The notes: generated from the letters alone by a model not told the origin. A DNA stretch of 59,738 bases, filler included, from Mitosporidium daphniae (GCF_000760515.2; 2 parts of 2 records of this genome joined end to end with filler, not necessarily neighbours in it); one strand, 5' to 3'; positions 22,796 through 35,100 are shown, counted from the first letter of the whole stretch. Numbers and translations: made by a program.

Positions 22796-23404
22796 TTATG
22801 ATGTCGGTGGCAATTCGGATTTGGATGAAGGAGGTTCAGATTTAAATAATCTAAAGAGATATTGAAGTAAGATCCAGAATCTTTTCAAGGTTTCAGCGAT
22901 GTATGGAAAAACACGAATAAGGAATTCGTCGGGATCAAGAACACTCTCAGATAAATATACATATAAACATGTTAAAGCAAAAGTAATTGGGACCCTAAAG
23001 TAGCTACGGTCAACTTCATAAGATAAATATAATAAGAAAAAACTCAAACTTAGAATACCTAAATGTGAAAAGCCCGTAACATATAGCTTAATTGTAGGAA
23101 ACATGCCTTCTTCGCTCGAATACATAATAAAAAGCGTCTTAACAATGTGGTCAAAATAGTTAACGTATAATAGAAAGATAAAAACTAACTCAAGTGAATA
23201 AAACCATTTCTCAAAGAAAAAAAAAAGTATCAACCCCATAATAGCTGAACCCAAAAAGGATAAACTGATAAAATAGGAACCTATAAAAGCTGGAATCTTG
23301 AATGCTTTAAGTGAGGATAATATACCTCCGATAGTTTTAACGATATTTAGATTGCTAGAGCTGGAAAAAGTTTGAAAAACTGAAGGTATCAAGAGGGTGT
23401 CCAT
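22796..23404 (-). CDS. Hypothetical multi-pass membrane protein, AT-rich
   Basis: 202-aa intronless ORF with about 4-5 hydrophobic segments. No recognised motif. Confidence 0.6.
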   Translation of the reverse strand: MDTLLIPSVFQTFSSSSNLNIVKTIGGILSSLKAFKIPAFIGSYFISLSFLGSAIMGLILFFFFEKWFYSLELVFIFLLYVNYFDHIVKTLFIMYSSEEGMFPTIKLYVTGFSHLGILSLSFFLLYLSYEVDRSYFRVPITFALTCLYVYLSESVLDPDEFLIRVFPYIAETLKRFWILLQYLFRLFKSEPPSSKSELPPTS

Positions 23405-23532
23405 CGTAGATAAAAGAATACAAAAAATTATCCATTCAGCCAGTTAAAATCTAGTGACTGGAAGATGATTTGTGCATTGTGCAAATAATTTAATTAAATA
23501 ATTTTTGCAGATTAAAATTAAAATTTGGCAAA

Positions 23533-24374
23533 ATGCATGCACCTCACCCTGATGGCTCTTCAGAATGGTACTCATATCCGATGCAGCAATCGTCACAGAC
23601 CCCGTACCAAAGTGGAGCTGCGTATTCTACATTCCAGCCACAGACCAGCGGATTTCAGCAGCATCAAAACAGCCACTCTGCGACTTCTTTTCTTACAGAC
23701 GAAAGAAGACCCCCTTCAGGGGAGGCATTTTCGATTTGGGATGTTATTGGTGTTGGTAATTTAGATGGCACGGAGCCTCCACTTTTACAAGGTTTTTAAA
23801 TTTTTTTTTCTTCAGAGCTTGGTATCAACCCGTCGCACATTGCCCAAAAATCACTCACCGTGCTCAATCCATTTAGGAAGGTTGCGCCTGAGATGATGGA
23901 TGAATCGGACCTCGCTGGACCAATTGCCATATGCCTAGCCCTTGGCGGATCACTTCTTATCTCAGGAAAAGTATGGCACTATGGTTGCCATTATTTTAGA
24001 TACATTTTGGATACATTTATGGCTTATCAATGCTCGGTTGGCTATCCATATTCCTGCTCGTCAACTTGATGGCTGAAGATGGCAGAGGCATTGATGGAAC
24101 ACGAACTGCATCGGTACTTGGATATTCCCTACTTCCAATGGTACCTCTGGGCCCGCTGCTGGGGGCCCTTTCGCATCTGCTAAAGGCTCTCCATGCACCG
24201 CCGTTTATTAGTTCTGCATTTACTATTGGTTTGGGAATTGCAATGGTGCTTTGGTGCACCATTGCGGCATCTTCCATCTTTACAGGTGTCCTGCAGATGC
24301 AGCACCAGCGTCTACTTCTCGCCTACCCACTTTCTCTACTCTACACCTGTTTTGCCCTGCTCTCTGTGTTTTAG
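23533..24374 (+). CDS. YIP1: Yip1 / YIPF5-7 ER-Golgi transport protein
   Basis: EPPLLQ/ELGINPSHI, DESDLAGP, SGK/IHFGYIYG and SVLGYSLLPMV. Introns at 23792-23815 and 23971-23999. Confidence 0.92.
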
Positions 24375-24467
24375 GGCATCATTGTAATATGATAAAGCTG
24401 TGCCCTTAACGTCCAACCGTTCTGGAATAGCGAGTATAAACTACTTAAATTTAATTCAGTGATCGGG

Positions 24468-26205
24468 CTAAATGGACCTTTGGAGGGCCATCAATGAAGC
24501 GACAAACGTCATGATCATCTTTGCCTTGCATTCGACAATATCTTCCGGTAACAGAAAAAGCGCAGCCCCCATGCGTCTAGCGACGGAAAGGATATATCGC
24601 GCGTTGTTCAGAAGCTCTGCCTCATCAGAGTCGTAAGATAAAACTTTAATCGGTTCGATGCTTGGATCAAGGGCACGCAGCAAACTGATCAAAAAGGCAC
24701 CATTTTTTAGTAAGGGATCTCCAAATGAACTGATCTTCTGATCAACGACTTTTTCGTTTGCCCACGCAAGCATATCCGCATCCTTGATTTTTGGAGAAGT
24801 CGAGCGCAGGGTGCGCAATAAATGGTCTCGCATCAATTGCCACACAAGAGCCTTTGTCAAGGTAACAGAGCCATCCGTGATATCAGCGCCCTGAATTCCT
24901 ACCATGGATAATTTTACGTGGCCCTTGCAAAAGGAGACGACGCGATTTGTGTTCTCGATCATTTGGAATCGCGAGATGCGCTTCGATTCTGCTACAGAGC
25001 CAAGGGATGGTTCTCCCGGATAAAGCTTTGCCAGCGCCTGCAATAGAATACTGCCGTCACGTAGATCCCATAGGATGTGGGAAACAGCAGGCTCCACCCC
25101 TAGACTATTCATCCACATTACCAAGGCACGGGCCTCACGATCCCCCTGAGTCTCCTCAACAAGGATGGTAACCTCGCGCTGCTTTTCAACATCCAGCGGC
25201 GCCAATCCTGGCCATTTGTTGAATAGAGAAGCCATGAATGCCATGTTAAGGCGAGCATTGCCTGTGGTGATTGCCTTGGGGGTGATGTAGTGTTTGCAAC
25301 CCATGCATGCAGCGGCGGCCACTATTGCCAGTGCACGAGCCTGAATATCCTCGCGAAGCGTACTTTCGAGCTGCATGGAGTCCGGGCTTAACCGATTGAG
25401 AAGACGGATGTAAATTTCTCCATCCTACGCATTAGCGAGGCAAATTATACCTTGAGGTCTGTGGAGAGATTTGACGCTCTGCGAGTGCAGCCGGTTTCTG
25501 CCAGATGATAGTTGACCCAACGGAGTAAAAGCTTTTCAGGAGGCAGTCGAAGTAGATCTTCAATCTCCTCTCCTTCGCCCAGTAAACGGAATAGCTCAGG
25601 ATGGCACTGTAAAGAGACCTGAAAATGATAAATACAAAGGAAAAACCTTTGAAAACAGCCCAATTTTGATTATTTGCCATACCAGGCCTAAAATCAAGTG
25701 GGGTCGACCTTCCAGGATGTCTTGAGGTCCAATGTTAACTGTGGAACAGCCGAGAGATTTGGCAGACTGCACGGCGACATTTATGTTTTCTGTCTTATGA
25801 AATAGAGAGAGTGGCATGCAGGGTTGATGGTAATTGAGCACTCGATCATCAATGGTGAGTGGTGCCACCGAATTCAATAGCTTGCAAAGTAGCAGCCCAT
25901 CCTTGCAGGCTTCAAATAGAGAAGAGCCATCAAGAGCTAATGGTAAAAGATGGCTCAAATGCATGTCGCTACCCAGGACCTCATTGATATTGGATGAGAA
26001 CTGATTGACCTCGTCTTCGTCGATGGAATGAGTTATTCCTTCTGCACTTCCGTGGATTTTCTTCACCATCGATGGCGGTGTGCAAATGGATGATGTGCAT
26101 GTGTCAAACCTTGCAGCAGATTCTCGCACAGATCTGATCCGATTCTTAATGGTGATAAAAACATCCTTCTACCTCTGAAGACCTGTCCAGTTTTGTGGTT
26201 GTCAT
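24468..26205 (-). CDS. SAC6: Fimbrin/plastin (four CH domains)
   Basis: HSIDEDE..F, CKDGLLLCKL, NIGPQDILEGRPHLILGLVWQII, LPPEKLLLRWVNYHL, WMNSLGV and LLPEDIVE. Three micro-introns. Confidence 0.94.
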
Positions 26206-26662
26206 GTAAAGAATTTAAAAAAATTTAATGTCATTTGTTTGAAATGTAATTTTAATTGAACCCAGTGATGGCAATTTGCTGATGCCCAATGTGTGTATTG
26301 AAACTTGGATGCGCTGAAGCAACTTTACACTGGCATCGCAATTGGCGGTTTGCGATCACAGACACCAGAGTTTATGAAAATAATTTCCCACCGCCATGAG
26401 ACCAAAGATAAGGGGAATTTATTTAGACATTATTCAATTGCAGCCTATGTATGGGTATGATTACAGTTTGCCGACGGAACACAGTAGACAATCAAATAAA
26501 AGATTAGTTGTCACTTTCGAGCGAAGGGGGTGACAATATAATTGCATCTTGAAAGACCGAGGCGTCAGTATAGTCAATGTCAAGCAGTTGCCGTTTTCTC
26601 TTTTTGGGGGGTGCATCATTATCTCTGGATAAGATTTCAAAGATCTAGTGTGAGATTAGCAA

Positions 26663-26965
26663 CTATATGTGTGCCTGCTCCAGCTTTTTGTAAATTTCTC
26701 CCAAAATATTGGCGATATCTGGAAAGGTGGTATCTCTAATTGCGTCGGCGATCTCGCATAGGCGTTCTATATCGGCGTTGGGTTCTAAAGTTTGCCTTAA
26801 TTTAGCCTGTCTTGAAGTGTTGGGCAAACCATGTGCTTCAGGATTCGTATTTTGTTGATCATTATAGCCATTAAGGATAGGTTCTCTCCCCTGCGAAAGG
26901 AATTGTTGTAGCATTCCGGAAATCAACGGAAATTTCTGGCTGGAATTCTGCTGCTTCCCTTTCAT
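26663..26965 (-). CDS. Hypothetical Gln-rich protein
   Basis: 100-aa ATG ORF with no recognisable motif. Start and exon structure uncertain. Confidence 0.35.
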   Translation of the reverse strand: MKGKQQNSSQKFPLISGMLQQFLSQGREPILNGYNDQQNTNPEAHGLPNTSRQAKLRQTLEPNADIERLCEIADAIRDTTFPDIANILGEIYKKLEQAHI

Positions 26966-27100
26966 TGTTTGGCCACGGAGTTAATATTTTAGAAAACCCA
27001 CCGTAATGCATGATCAAATATTGGGAAGTTTTTTGCATGAAATGAATTTTATTGCGACCAAAAATTATAACAAGGCATCATACAAATAGAGGAAAAGCTA

Positions 27101-27607
27101 TTATACGCCAGGAATGCCGGCACCAAAAGGGAAGCCACCAGCATGTAATAGGTGTGTGTTAGCATTTTGTTGGTTTCCTGGTTGTAAAGTATAGGGGTTT
27201 GGAAAAGAAGAAATCAGAGGCTTCTGAAAATTCTGTGCTTGATAACCATGGAAATAGGTTTGCGAAGGCGGTTGAAAACCAGGAGGATAGACATGCGAAG
27301 GCGGTTGAGAACCAGGAGGATAGACATGCGAAGGCGGTTGAGAACCAGGAGGATAGACATGCGAAGGCGGTTGTGGAGGAACTTCTGTTTGCAAATTTTG
27401 TGAATTTATTGCGCCGGAAATAGCTTCTTTCGGAGAAGAGATGGCAGAGTTCAAAGTCTTCATAGCACTCGCAGCGACATGATGCTTTTTGGCAAATAGG
27501 CCTATCAAAGAGCCAATGAAGCAGTAATTCGGCCTTATAAATAAAAATAAAACAATACACAAAACAAAGACATAACAACTCGCTTTCATAAGCAAGCCAA
27601 GATGCAC
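27101..27607 (-). CDS. Putative secreted Pro/Gln-rich repeat protein
   Basis: Hydrophobic N-terminus (CYVFVLCIVLFLFI), three QPPSHVYPPG(S/F) repeats, TAA TAG double stop. Confidence 0.6.
   Translation of the reverse strand: MHLGLLMKASCYVFVLCIVLFLFIRPNYCFIGSLIGLFAKKHHVAASAMKTLNSAISSPKEAISGAINSQNLQTEVPPQPPSHVYPPGSQPPSHVYPPGSQPPSHVYPPGFQPPSQTYFHGYQAQNFQKPLISSFPNPYTLQPGNQQNANTHLLHAGGFPFGAGIPGV
27261..27373. repeat. 33-bp tandem repeat, ~3.4 copies
   Basis: Unit tgcgaaggcggttga(a/g)aaccaggaggatagaca repeated three times plus a 14-bp partial copy, with a single mismatch. Confidence 0.97.
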
Positions 27608-27738
27608 CCAAAATTTGGCATCTCAATACCAGGAGAAAATGTTGCCAGAATAATTGGTTTATTTTCAAACAAATTAAAATGCCATCCCAACCCTAACCCA
27701 TACAACCATGTCGCATGCTCGTGGCTTATAAATTTGGC

Positions 27739-28203
27739 CTAAAAAGAGTTCGGAACTTCGGGACGCATAAATCGGAAGCCATCGCCCTCCTTGATATCGC
27801 TTTTAATACTGAATGCCTCTCTAAATTTGGCGTTTTGGCGGGCCTTGGCATCAAAGGCAACCTCGCTTTCAATCTTGTCTTCGGTATGGCGTTTTTCGGC
27901 AAGCTCAAAAAGACGCTCCCGATATGCATTGGATTTATGCTCAATTTCGTCGGAAACATACTTTCCCGATACTTCCAGCTCTTCGATAAATTGCACAACT
28001 TTTAATTCGATCTCTCGCTTTCGGTTATGCTCAACAATGTCCTGCGATATGCTTCGAAGCACGGGCTTCGAATCCTCAAGCATCTCAGTATAAGATGCTG
28101 ACTTGAACGAGTTTCCTTTGGGCTTCAGGTGCCCAAGGTTCTTGACCACATATCCGTTGGTTCCAGAACCACGAGGTGTTGCTAGCCCGATGCCGTTGTA
28201 CAT
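27739..28203 (-). CDS. CWC21: Pre-mRNA splicing factor Cwc21 (SRRM2 N-terminal domain)
   Basis: MYNGIGLATPRGSGTNGYVVKNL and HNRKREIELK. Confidence 0.95.
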   Translation of the reverse strand: MYNGIGLATPRGSGTNGYVVKNLGHLKPKGNSFKSASYTEMLEDSKPVLRSISQDIVEHNRKREIELKVVQFIEELEVSGKYVSDEIEHKSNAYRERLFELAEKRHTEDKIESEVAFDAKARQNAKFREAFSIKSDIKEGDGFRFMRPEVPNSF

Positions 28204-28245
28204 TCTGCAAAATTTTAAATTTCAATACATTTTTTATTAAATCAA

Positions 28246-29351
<1,106 letters not shown>

Positions 29352-29426
29352 TAAATATAATTTGCATTTCATTCAATTCGCACTAATCAGCGGATATTAT
29401 GATCGAGGCTCGGATGTTAAATTTTA

Positions 29427-29846
29427 ATGGATTCAAGTGGACACCTGAAGGCATTCTTGTTCTATTTCACGCTGTTCGCGTGCTGTTCGTACGCTTTTTC
29501 TTACGGTAGAGGCTATGAGACCAGTTATAGTGTTATGGGCTATTCTTCTAGATATCATAGGGTCATCCAAGAAATTTTCGATCTCGGCGATATCAACGTT
29601 AAGGTTTATTCGATCGTTTACTTTGCATATAACATCCTTGTAGTCCTATCTGGATTTTTAGCAGATTCTGTTTCCGCATATTCGCAGCTGGTCCTATCCC
29701 TTGCTATTTTTACACGAAGCAAATATGTTTTTAAGTGCGAGTATCACAGTGACCATGTTTTTTTGGCCGCACTCGTTGTCGCCGGTATGACCTATTTGTG
29801 GAGGTTTGGAATTCCTAGCTTTATAGGAAATTCGATTATCTTCTAA
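29427..29846 (+). CDS. Membrane protein, possibly an MFS transporter N-terminal half; abuts assembly gap
   Basis: Several hydrophobic segments, and SGFLADSV resembles the MFS motif A start. May be incomplete. Confidence 0.4.
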   Translation: MDSSGHLKAFLFYFTLFACCSYAFSYGRGYETSYSVMGYSSRYHRVIQEIFDLGDINVKVYSIVYFAYNILVVLSGFLADSVSAYSQLVLSLAIFTRSKYVFKCEYHSDHVFLAALVVAGMTYLWRFGIPSFIGNSIIF

Positions 29847-29856
29847 AAATCCAGAT

Positions 29857-29956
29857 NNNNNNNNNNNNNNNNNNNNNNNNNNNNNNNNNNNNNNNNNNNN
29901 TTAATTAATTAANNNNNNNNNNNNNNNNNNNNNNNNNNNNNNNNNNNNNNNNNNNN
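29857..29956. other. Artificial scaffold linker N44-TTAATTAATTAA-N44
   Basis: Exactly 100 nt, symmetric N runs around a 12-mer that gives stops in all six frames. Confidence 0.95.
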
Positions 29957-29957
29957 A

Positions 29958-30119
29958 GCCGTCGCTCCAAATTCTTCCAAAACGAAACCAGACAAGAAAG
30001 CTCCGTTAAAAATCACAATTACCCCGGATTCGGTGCTTTCTGCGCTGAGAGACATCGACTTTGACAACTTTGTTAAGCCGCTCAATTCGCTAATCATGGA
30101 GAGAAGGAAAAAAAATTGA
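29958..30119 (+). CDS. C-terminal fragment of an H2B-like histone-fold protein (Dpb4/POLE3 or NF-YB family)
   Basis: Manual translation ...KITITPDSVLSALRDIDFDNFVKPLNSLIMERRKKN* matches the histone-fold alpha3/alphaC pattern. The 5' part is lost in the gap. Confidence 0.7.
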   Translation, partial: AVAPNSSKTKPDKKAPLKITITPDSVLSALRDIDFDNFVKPLNSLIMERRKKN

Positions 30120-30244
30120 AATTTATACTGATTGGTCCCTCATGGGCCCAATAGAATTGTTGATCATTAAGAAGCACCAATAATGCACAAGGTTTAATAA
30201 AGTATAAATAAACACATCCAGTCAGAGATGGAATACCATCGACC

Positions 30245-30821
30245 ATGGACGAACAACGTAAGACGGAAATCTCTTATACTTGTAGTTACATTGGATGAGA
30301 TGGAAATACTTCAGGCAAGATTCAAAACGCTTGACAAAAAAAGATCTGGAAAGTTAAAATGTTCCGATTTATTAAGCTTGGAGGGAGTTCAAGATAATCC
30401 GTTGGCCTCCAAGATTATTTCCTTATTCGACACGAACCAAGATGGCCACATTGATTTTGCCGAATTTGTTTCCGGTCTTTCGGCCTTTACCAGGAAAGGC
30501 ACCCCACTTTCTAAACTATCATGTAAGCGCATCGCATGGTTTATCAAATTAGTTATCTTTGCCATTTATGATACCAATAACGATGGGTACATCAGCAATG
30601 GGGACCTATTTTTAGCACTAAGAATGATGACTGGAGAGCAGCTTTCAGACGTCCAACTACAAGTAAGGGGTATTTTGACATATTTCTAGCAAATTGTAGA
30701 TAGAACTATCAGAGAAGTAGATAGTGACGGAGATGGTCGCATTTCGCTTGAAGAGTTTAAAATATTCGCTGTCATGAAAAATGAAGATATCATTCAGCAG
30801 ATCAAGGCAGAGATTGGATGA
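30245..30821 (+). CDS. CNB1: Calcineurin regulatory subunit B-like EF-hand protein
   Basis: RFKTLD, NPLASKII..FDTNQDGHIDFAEF, IYDTNNDGYISNGDLFLALRMMTG..L.DVQLQ/QIVDRTI.EVD.DGDG. Introns at 30258-30285, 30523-30552 and 30663-30689. Start uncertain. Confidence 0.9.
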
Positions 30822-30904
30822 TATTTAAGAATTAAAAAGTATAAACTAAGCTTATTAAATTGCAATGTGCGAATCTGTAATTAGTTTTTCTAAGCAAGCG
30901 GCTT

Positions 30905-32146
30905 ATGGAACTCCTTCAAATAACGCACAATGCCAATGTGCACATCCCTATTATCTCGTCGTTGCTTCTGTCTGCAGTGACGTTTTTATGTCTTCTGTTT
31001 AAAAGCTATCTATCAAAAAAACTAGATAATTCTTTCTGGAACAAGCTTGCACCCATTATTTGTGCTGCTGCGGCTTTATCTCATTTTCTTTCTCATTCCA
31101 GTGAATATTTGGGTGGTTTTGAACAAGATATAGAAGTAGAAAAGCCGGTTGAGGCTAATTATGCATCCCCATCATATCCCAGTGTTGAGACGTCGCCAAA
31201 CTTTTGGACTCTTACAAGATATCTTCCCGTTGCCATGGGTTCTTTGGGTGCATTCGTTATTTTTTATCTTTTGAAAATAGCTCATAAACACGGTTCTCAT
31301 CATCAAAATCTTTTGGGTAAATTCATCTTCTTTTTTGTTGATGCTTTCGTAGAGTGTGGAGTTTTATTCTCTTTTGGAAAGTCTGAGTCGACTGGTAATT
31401 CGACCTTTTTCAACATGATGCCTATCTCTGGATTCGAGGCTCTAGCTTTTCATAAGATAATGGAGACAATGGCTGTCAGTGGTGGTATATCTGAGGCCAA
31501 AATATTTTATCAATTGATCTATTCTTTGCTTCCCTTTTTCTGTGTTACTTCTACCCTTATCGCTTGCAAAGTGTTAAAATGTGATTCCATCAGCAATGAG
31601 TATATGTCAAAAGTGCTTAACGCACTATCTATTGGATTTTTTGGCTTCATTGCTTACGATCTTACCTTAGATGCACTTTCCGGCGGTCACCACTGCCACT
31701 GCCATGGTCACGGCCATGGTCACGGTTCTCTGACCAAATATCCTTTGGTCAAATGTATAACTTCATGTTATATGCTAGCTCAATTTATTTGTCTTGTCTT
31801 GATTGTGAGGTATTCTGATTACATCTCAGATTCCTTGGCGAAATATAATGATGGCAAAACTACAATCAGCATTTTTGGAAAAGAAAGACGGCTTTATCTG
31901 CTTGCAGTTTTCGCTATCGGATTGTTGGATCTTGTGTTTTTCTCTATGCTGATCCTTTATGTGCTTATTAAAAAGATACCTAAAGCAGGGTTTAGCAGCG
32001 ATTTATTTGGCGGTAAGCCCATGAGATTGGCCGCGCTTGTTCTTTTTACTACGTTGGGCTGTGCAATCTCAAATGCCATCCATAATGTATTGCCATCCTC
32101 TGGCGATGGGAAAAAACCATGCTGCGGAAAGCATCACAAACATTAG
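30905..32146 (+). CDS. Divergent ZIP-family (Zrt/Irt) metal transporter
   Basis: Many TM segments, AFHKIMETMA resembling ZIP TM5 HKxxE, and His-rich segments HKHGSHH, HHCHCHGHGHGHG and C-terminal CCGKHHKH. Confidence 0.65.
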   Translation: MELLQITHNANVHIPIISSLLLSAVTFLCLLFKSYLSKKLDNSFWNKLAPIICAAAALSHFLSHSSEYLGGFEQDIEVEKPVEANYASPSYPSVETSPNFWTLTRYLPVAMGSLGAFVIFYLLKIAHKHGSHHQNLLGKFIFFFVDAFVECGVLFSFGKSESTGNSTFFNMMPISGFEALAFHKIMETMAVSGGISEAKIFYQLIYSLLPFFCVTSTLIACKVLKCDSISNEYMSKVLNALSIGFFGFIAYDLTLDALSGGHHCHCHGHGHGHGSLTKYPLVKCITSCYMLAQFICLVLIVRYSDYISDSLAKYNDGKTTISIFGKERRLYLLAVFAIGLLDLVFFSMLILYVLIKKIPKAGFSSDLFGGKPMRLAALVLFTTLGCAISNAIHNVLPSSGDGKKPCCGKHHKH

Positions 32147-32173
32147 GCGCAATTAACTGGAATAAACCTCTCA

Positions 32174-35100
32174 TTAATTAGTTTTATTAGTGCCCTTTGC
32201 AGGCAGTCTCAGCGGCTTGGCCACATCAACCCATCTAGGCGGTGCTGGTGGGTTGGACTTGTTTTCAGCCCTTTCGGGCACATCATTATCGGTCGGTGTT
32301 GTACTGCCATGTAGCGTATAGCTGCTACTCCGGCTGCTGAATCCAGCACCCTTGCGCAGGCTTTTATAAAGCGGGGTAGATGTAATGGTGCCATCAGCGA
32401 GCACCTCGTTTCCGCCTTCCTCTTCTCGCAAGGCAAAAAACTTGGGTCCCAATTCAGCGAGCCACGCAGGGTCAACGGCAGTGACGCACATCATATATTC
32501 TTTGGATGTCATGATGAGTTCATGATATACGACATACTCAGGCAAGGCACCCAGGTTGTAAAGTGCGCTTGTCGGATGCAACTTGCACGGCATGCCTGTG
32601 CGACAGTGGACAAATTCTCCCACGCCCTTTGCGCGAGCAGCCTGGTGAAAATATCCTGCGCAAATGGCCTTTCTGACGATATCCCAGTTTGGGCCACAGG
32701 ACTGGACAGCTAGCCCTTGTTGCCTGGTAAGAATATCCAACAGTTGTGTATATACTTCTCGGGCTTTTTTCAACAGTCTTGAATGCAGAAAGTGCTGATG
32801 GGCCCAGACATCGGAGTATCCGTGCGACCGCCATTGAGAATAAACGTGAAGCAAAGTTAGATGGTCCGACTCGCCTACATAGAATTTTTCTCTTGCTCCG
32901 TCAGCTTCTTCGGCACGCTCTTTCGGCCGGAAAAAGATTGGCGGCACAGAAAGCATAGATACAATGACAAGGATTTCAGCAGCACAGCCCATCTCTACAC
33001 CTGAGAGTACCATTCGCGCCAAAGAAGGTTCTAAAGGGAACTCAACCATTTTCTTGCCAATGGCCGGGGTAAGGGCGCCTTCGTCATCTAACGCACCCAA
33101 CATCCATAGTTGAAACATGGCTGTTTTTAGCGCATCTGGTGGGAGCGCATCCATAAAGTCAAAAGAAAAAAGGTCGATCACACCCAAGCTCTTCAACAAC
33201 AGAACCGTGTTTGACAGGTTGGTGCGAAGAATCCCCGGCACCGTTGCCTCCAATAGCTCATGGTAATATGCAGACTCGGTATACAGGCGAAAGCAGGTTC
33301 CTGGCCCAGTTCGGCCTGCACGTCCAGCGCGTTGATTGGCATTTGCTTGGGATATCGGCACGACTTGCAGGGCGTCCATGCCCACTCTTGGATTATAAAC
33401 CTTGAGTTTGCAATAGCCAGAGTCGATGACAAAGACAATGCCGTCAACCGTTAACGAAGTCTCCGCAATGTTGGTGGCCACTACAATTTTGCGAATTCCA
33501 CCGGGAACGGCTTCAAATATCTTTGACTGCAGCTCTGAGGGCAGATTAGCATAAATGGGAAGAATCGCCGGCTTTGGGATACCCTCTTCCAATGCCTCCA
33601 GCCGCTCATGTAGTGTGGAGACTGTTGCTTCAATATCTTCCTGGCCAGTCATGAAAATCAAAACATCTCCAGGCCCTGACGAAATATGAATTTCAAGGGC
33701 TTTTCGAACAGCAGCATCGACATAATCTTCGCAAGGAACCTTTGAATAAAAGGTGCTCACCGGAAAAGTGCGTCCTGGGATCTTGAAAATCGGGACACGC
33801 CCAAAGAAATCGGAAAACCGCTCCGCATTCATGGTCGCCGAGGTCACGATCAGTTTGAGATCCCTACGGCGCCCAACAATTTGTTTGAGAATACCCATCA
33901 GCACATCGGTATGCAAAGAGCGCTCATGGGCCTCGTCCATAATGATGGCAGAATATTCCTCCAAGTCTGGATCACGAAGCGATTCTCGCAGCAGAACGCC
34001 GTCCGTCATATCTAAGAATTAGATTGCGATTTTTTACACTTGATTTTGGTAGTAGGGGATGTCACATCCTCAAATCGAATGGCATATCCAACCTGATCTC
34101 CCAGAGTCGTGCCCATCTCGCTAGCAACACGCTTGGCAACAGACATCGCTGCAACGCGACGTGGTTGGGTGCATCCAATGATGCCGCGGAGAGAGTACCC
34201 TACCTCGTGAAGATATTGAGTCAGTTGAGTTGTCTTTCCTGAGCCAGTTTCCCCGACTACAATCATAATCTGATGGTCGTGTAGCATGCGCAAAAGGGTG
34301 TCCCTTACACCAAAAGCAGGCAAAAACTGCCTTTGCTCCTTGATTGTCTTTGAGCGTGAAAAATCGGAGCTTCCAATTGAGGGTAGAGGCTCATTTTCCA
34401 CCTCTGCATTGATTAGCTCTTCACCTGGGCGCTCTCTTCCATCACCCTCAACGCTCTCCTCGTTCGCGGGAACACCGCGGATGCGGCCTAAAGTTGTTCC
34501 TCCACCCTCAAGCGATGCCAAAACCCGCTGTCGCTCTTTCCGTTCACGCGCGGCACGTACGAGCGCTGAACCCTTTCTTGCAAAGGTAGCCATATCGGAG
34601 GTAGGATCTCTTACTGGAAGAATTATCCCGGAAGGCTGTCCAATGCCGCGTGCCATGGGCAATGACCAGCCTGAAAGGAAAACAGGATGCGCCTCTTTTG
34701 CAATCAGATACGACCGTGTCTAAGAACAGGTTATCGAAGGAAGCTTTACATGTCTATGATCTTCATCAATCTCATTGCGAGTAGTGTATCTCCTGGGGCT
34801 TTCCAAAATCTCTCCAGTGCTTATGCCACTTGTTTCGAGACGATTGAGCTCCCACTTTTGATTGTCCTTGTCATACATAAGTCGGCGAAGAGCAGCTGCT
34901 CTGGAAACCACTTTTGGCTTATCTGCTGCCAATAGTATTTGATGGCCCTCAGGGCCTTCCGAAGTGGATATATCGTCTGCACGCCTTGAAAAATCTTCTC
35001 TGTGATTTTTTCTATCAGAACTTTTGGACCATGATTCTTGATGCCTGCTGGAAGAATCTCTGGACCTACGATCACTATGTCTTGATCTTTGATCTGAATA

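Noticed and set aside
27261..27373. 33-bp repeats resembling a CRISPR array
   Set aside because: The units are head-to-tail with no unique spacers, are a multiple of 3 inside a CDS, and have no cas genes nearby in a eukaryotic context.
27159..27668. Alternative-frame ORFs over the repeat (STAFACLSSWF on -, AVENQEDRHAK on +)
   Set aside because: Probably shadow frames kept open by the stop-free 33-bp repeat. The Pro-rich frame has the more plausible signal-plus-repeat architecture, though this is not proven.
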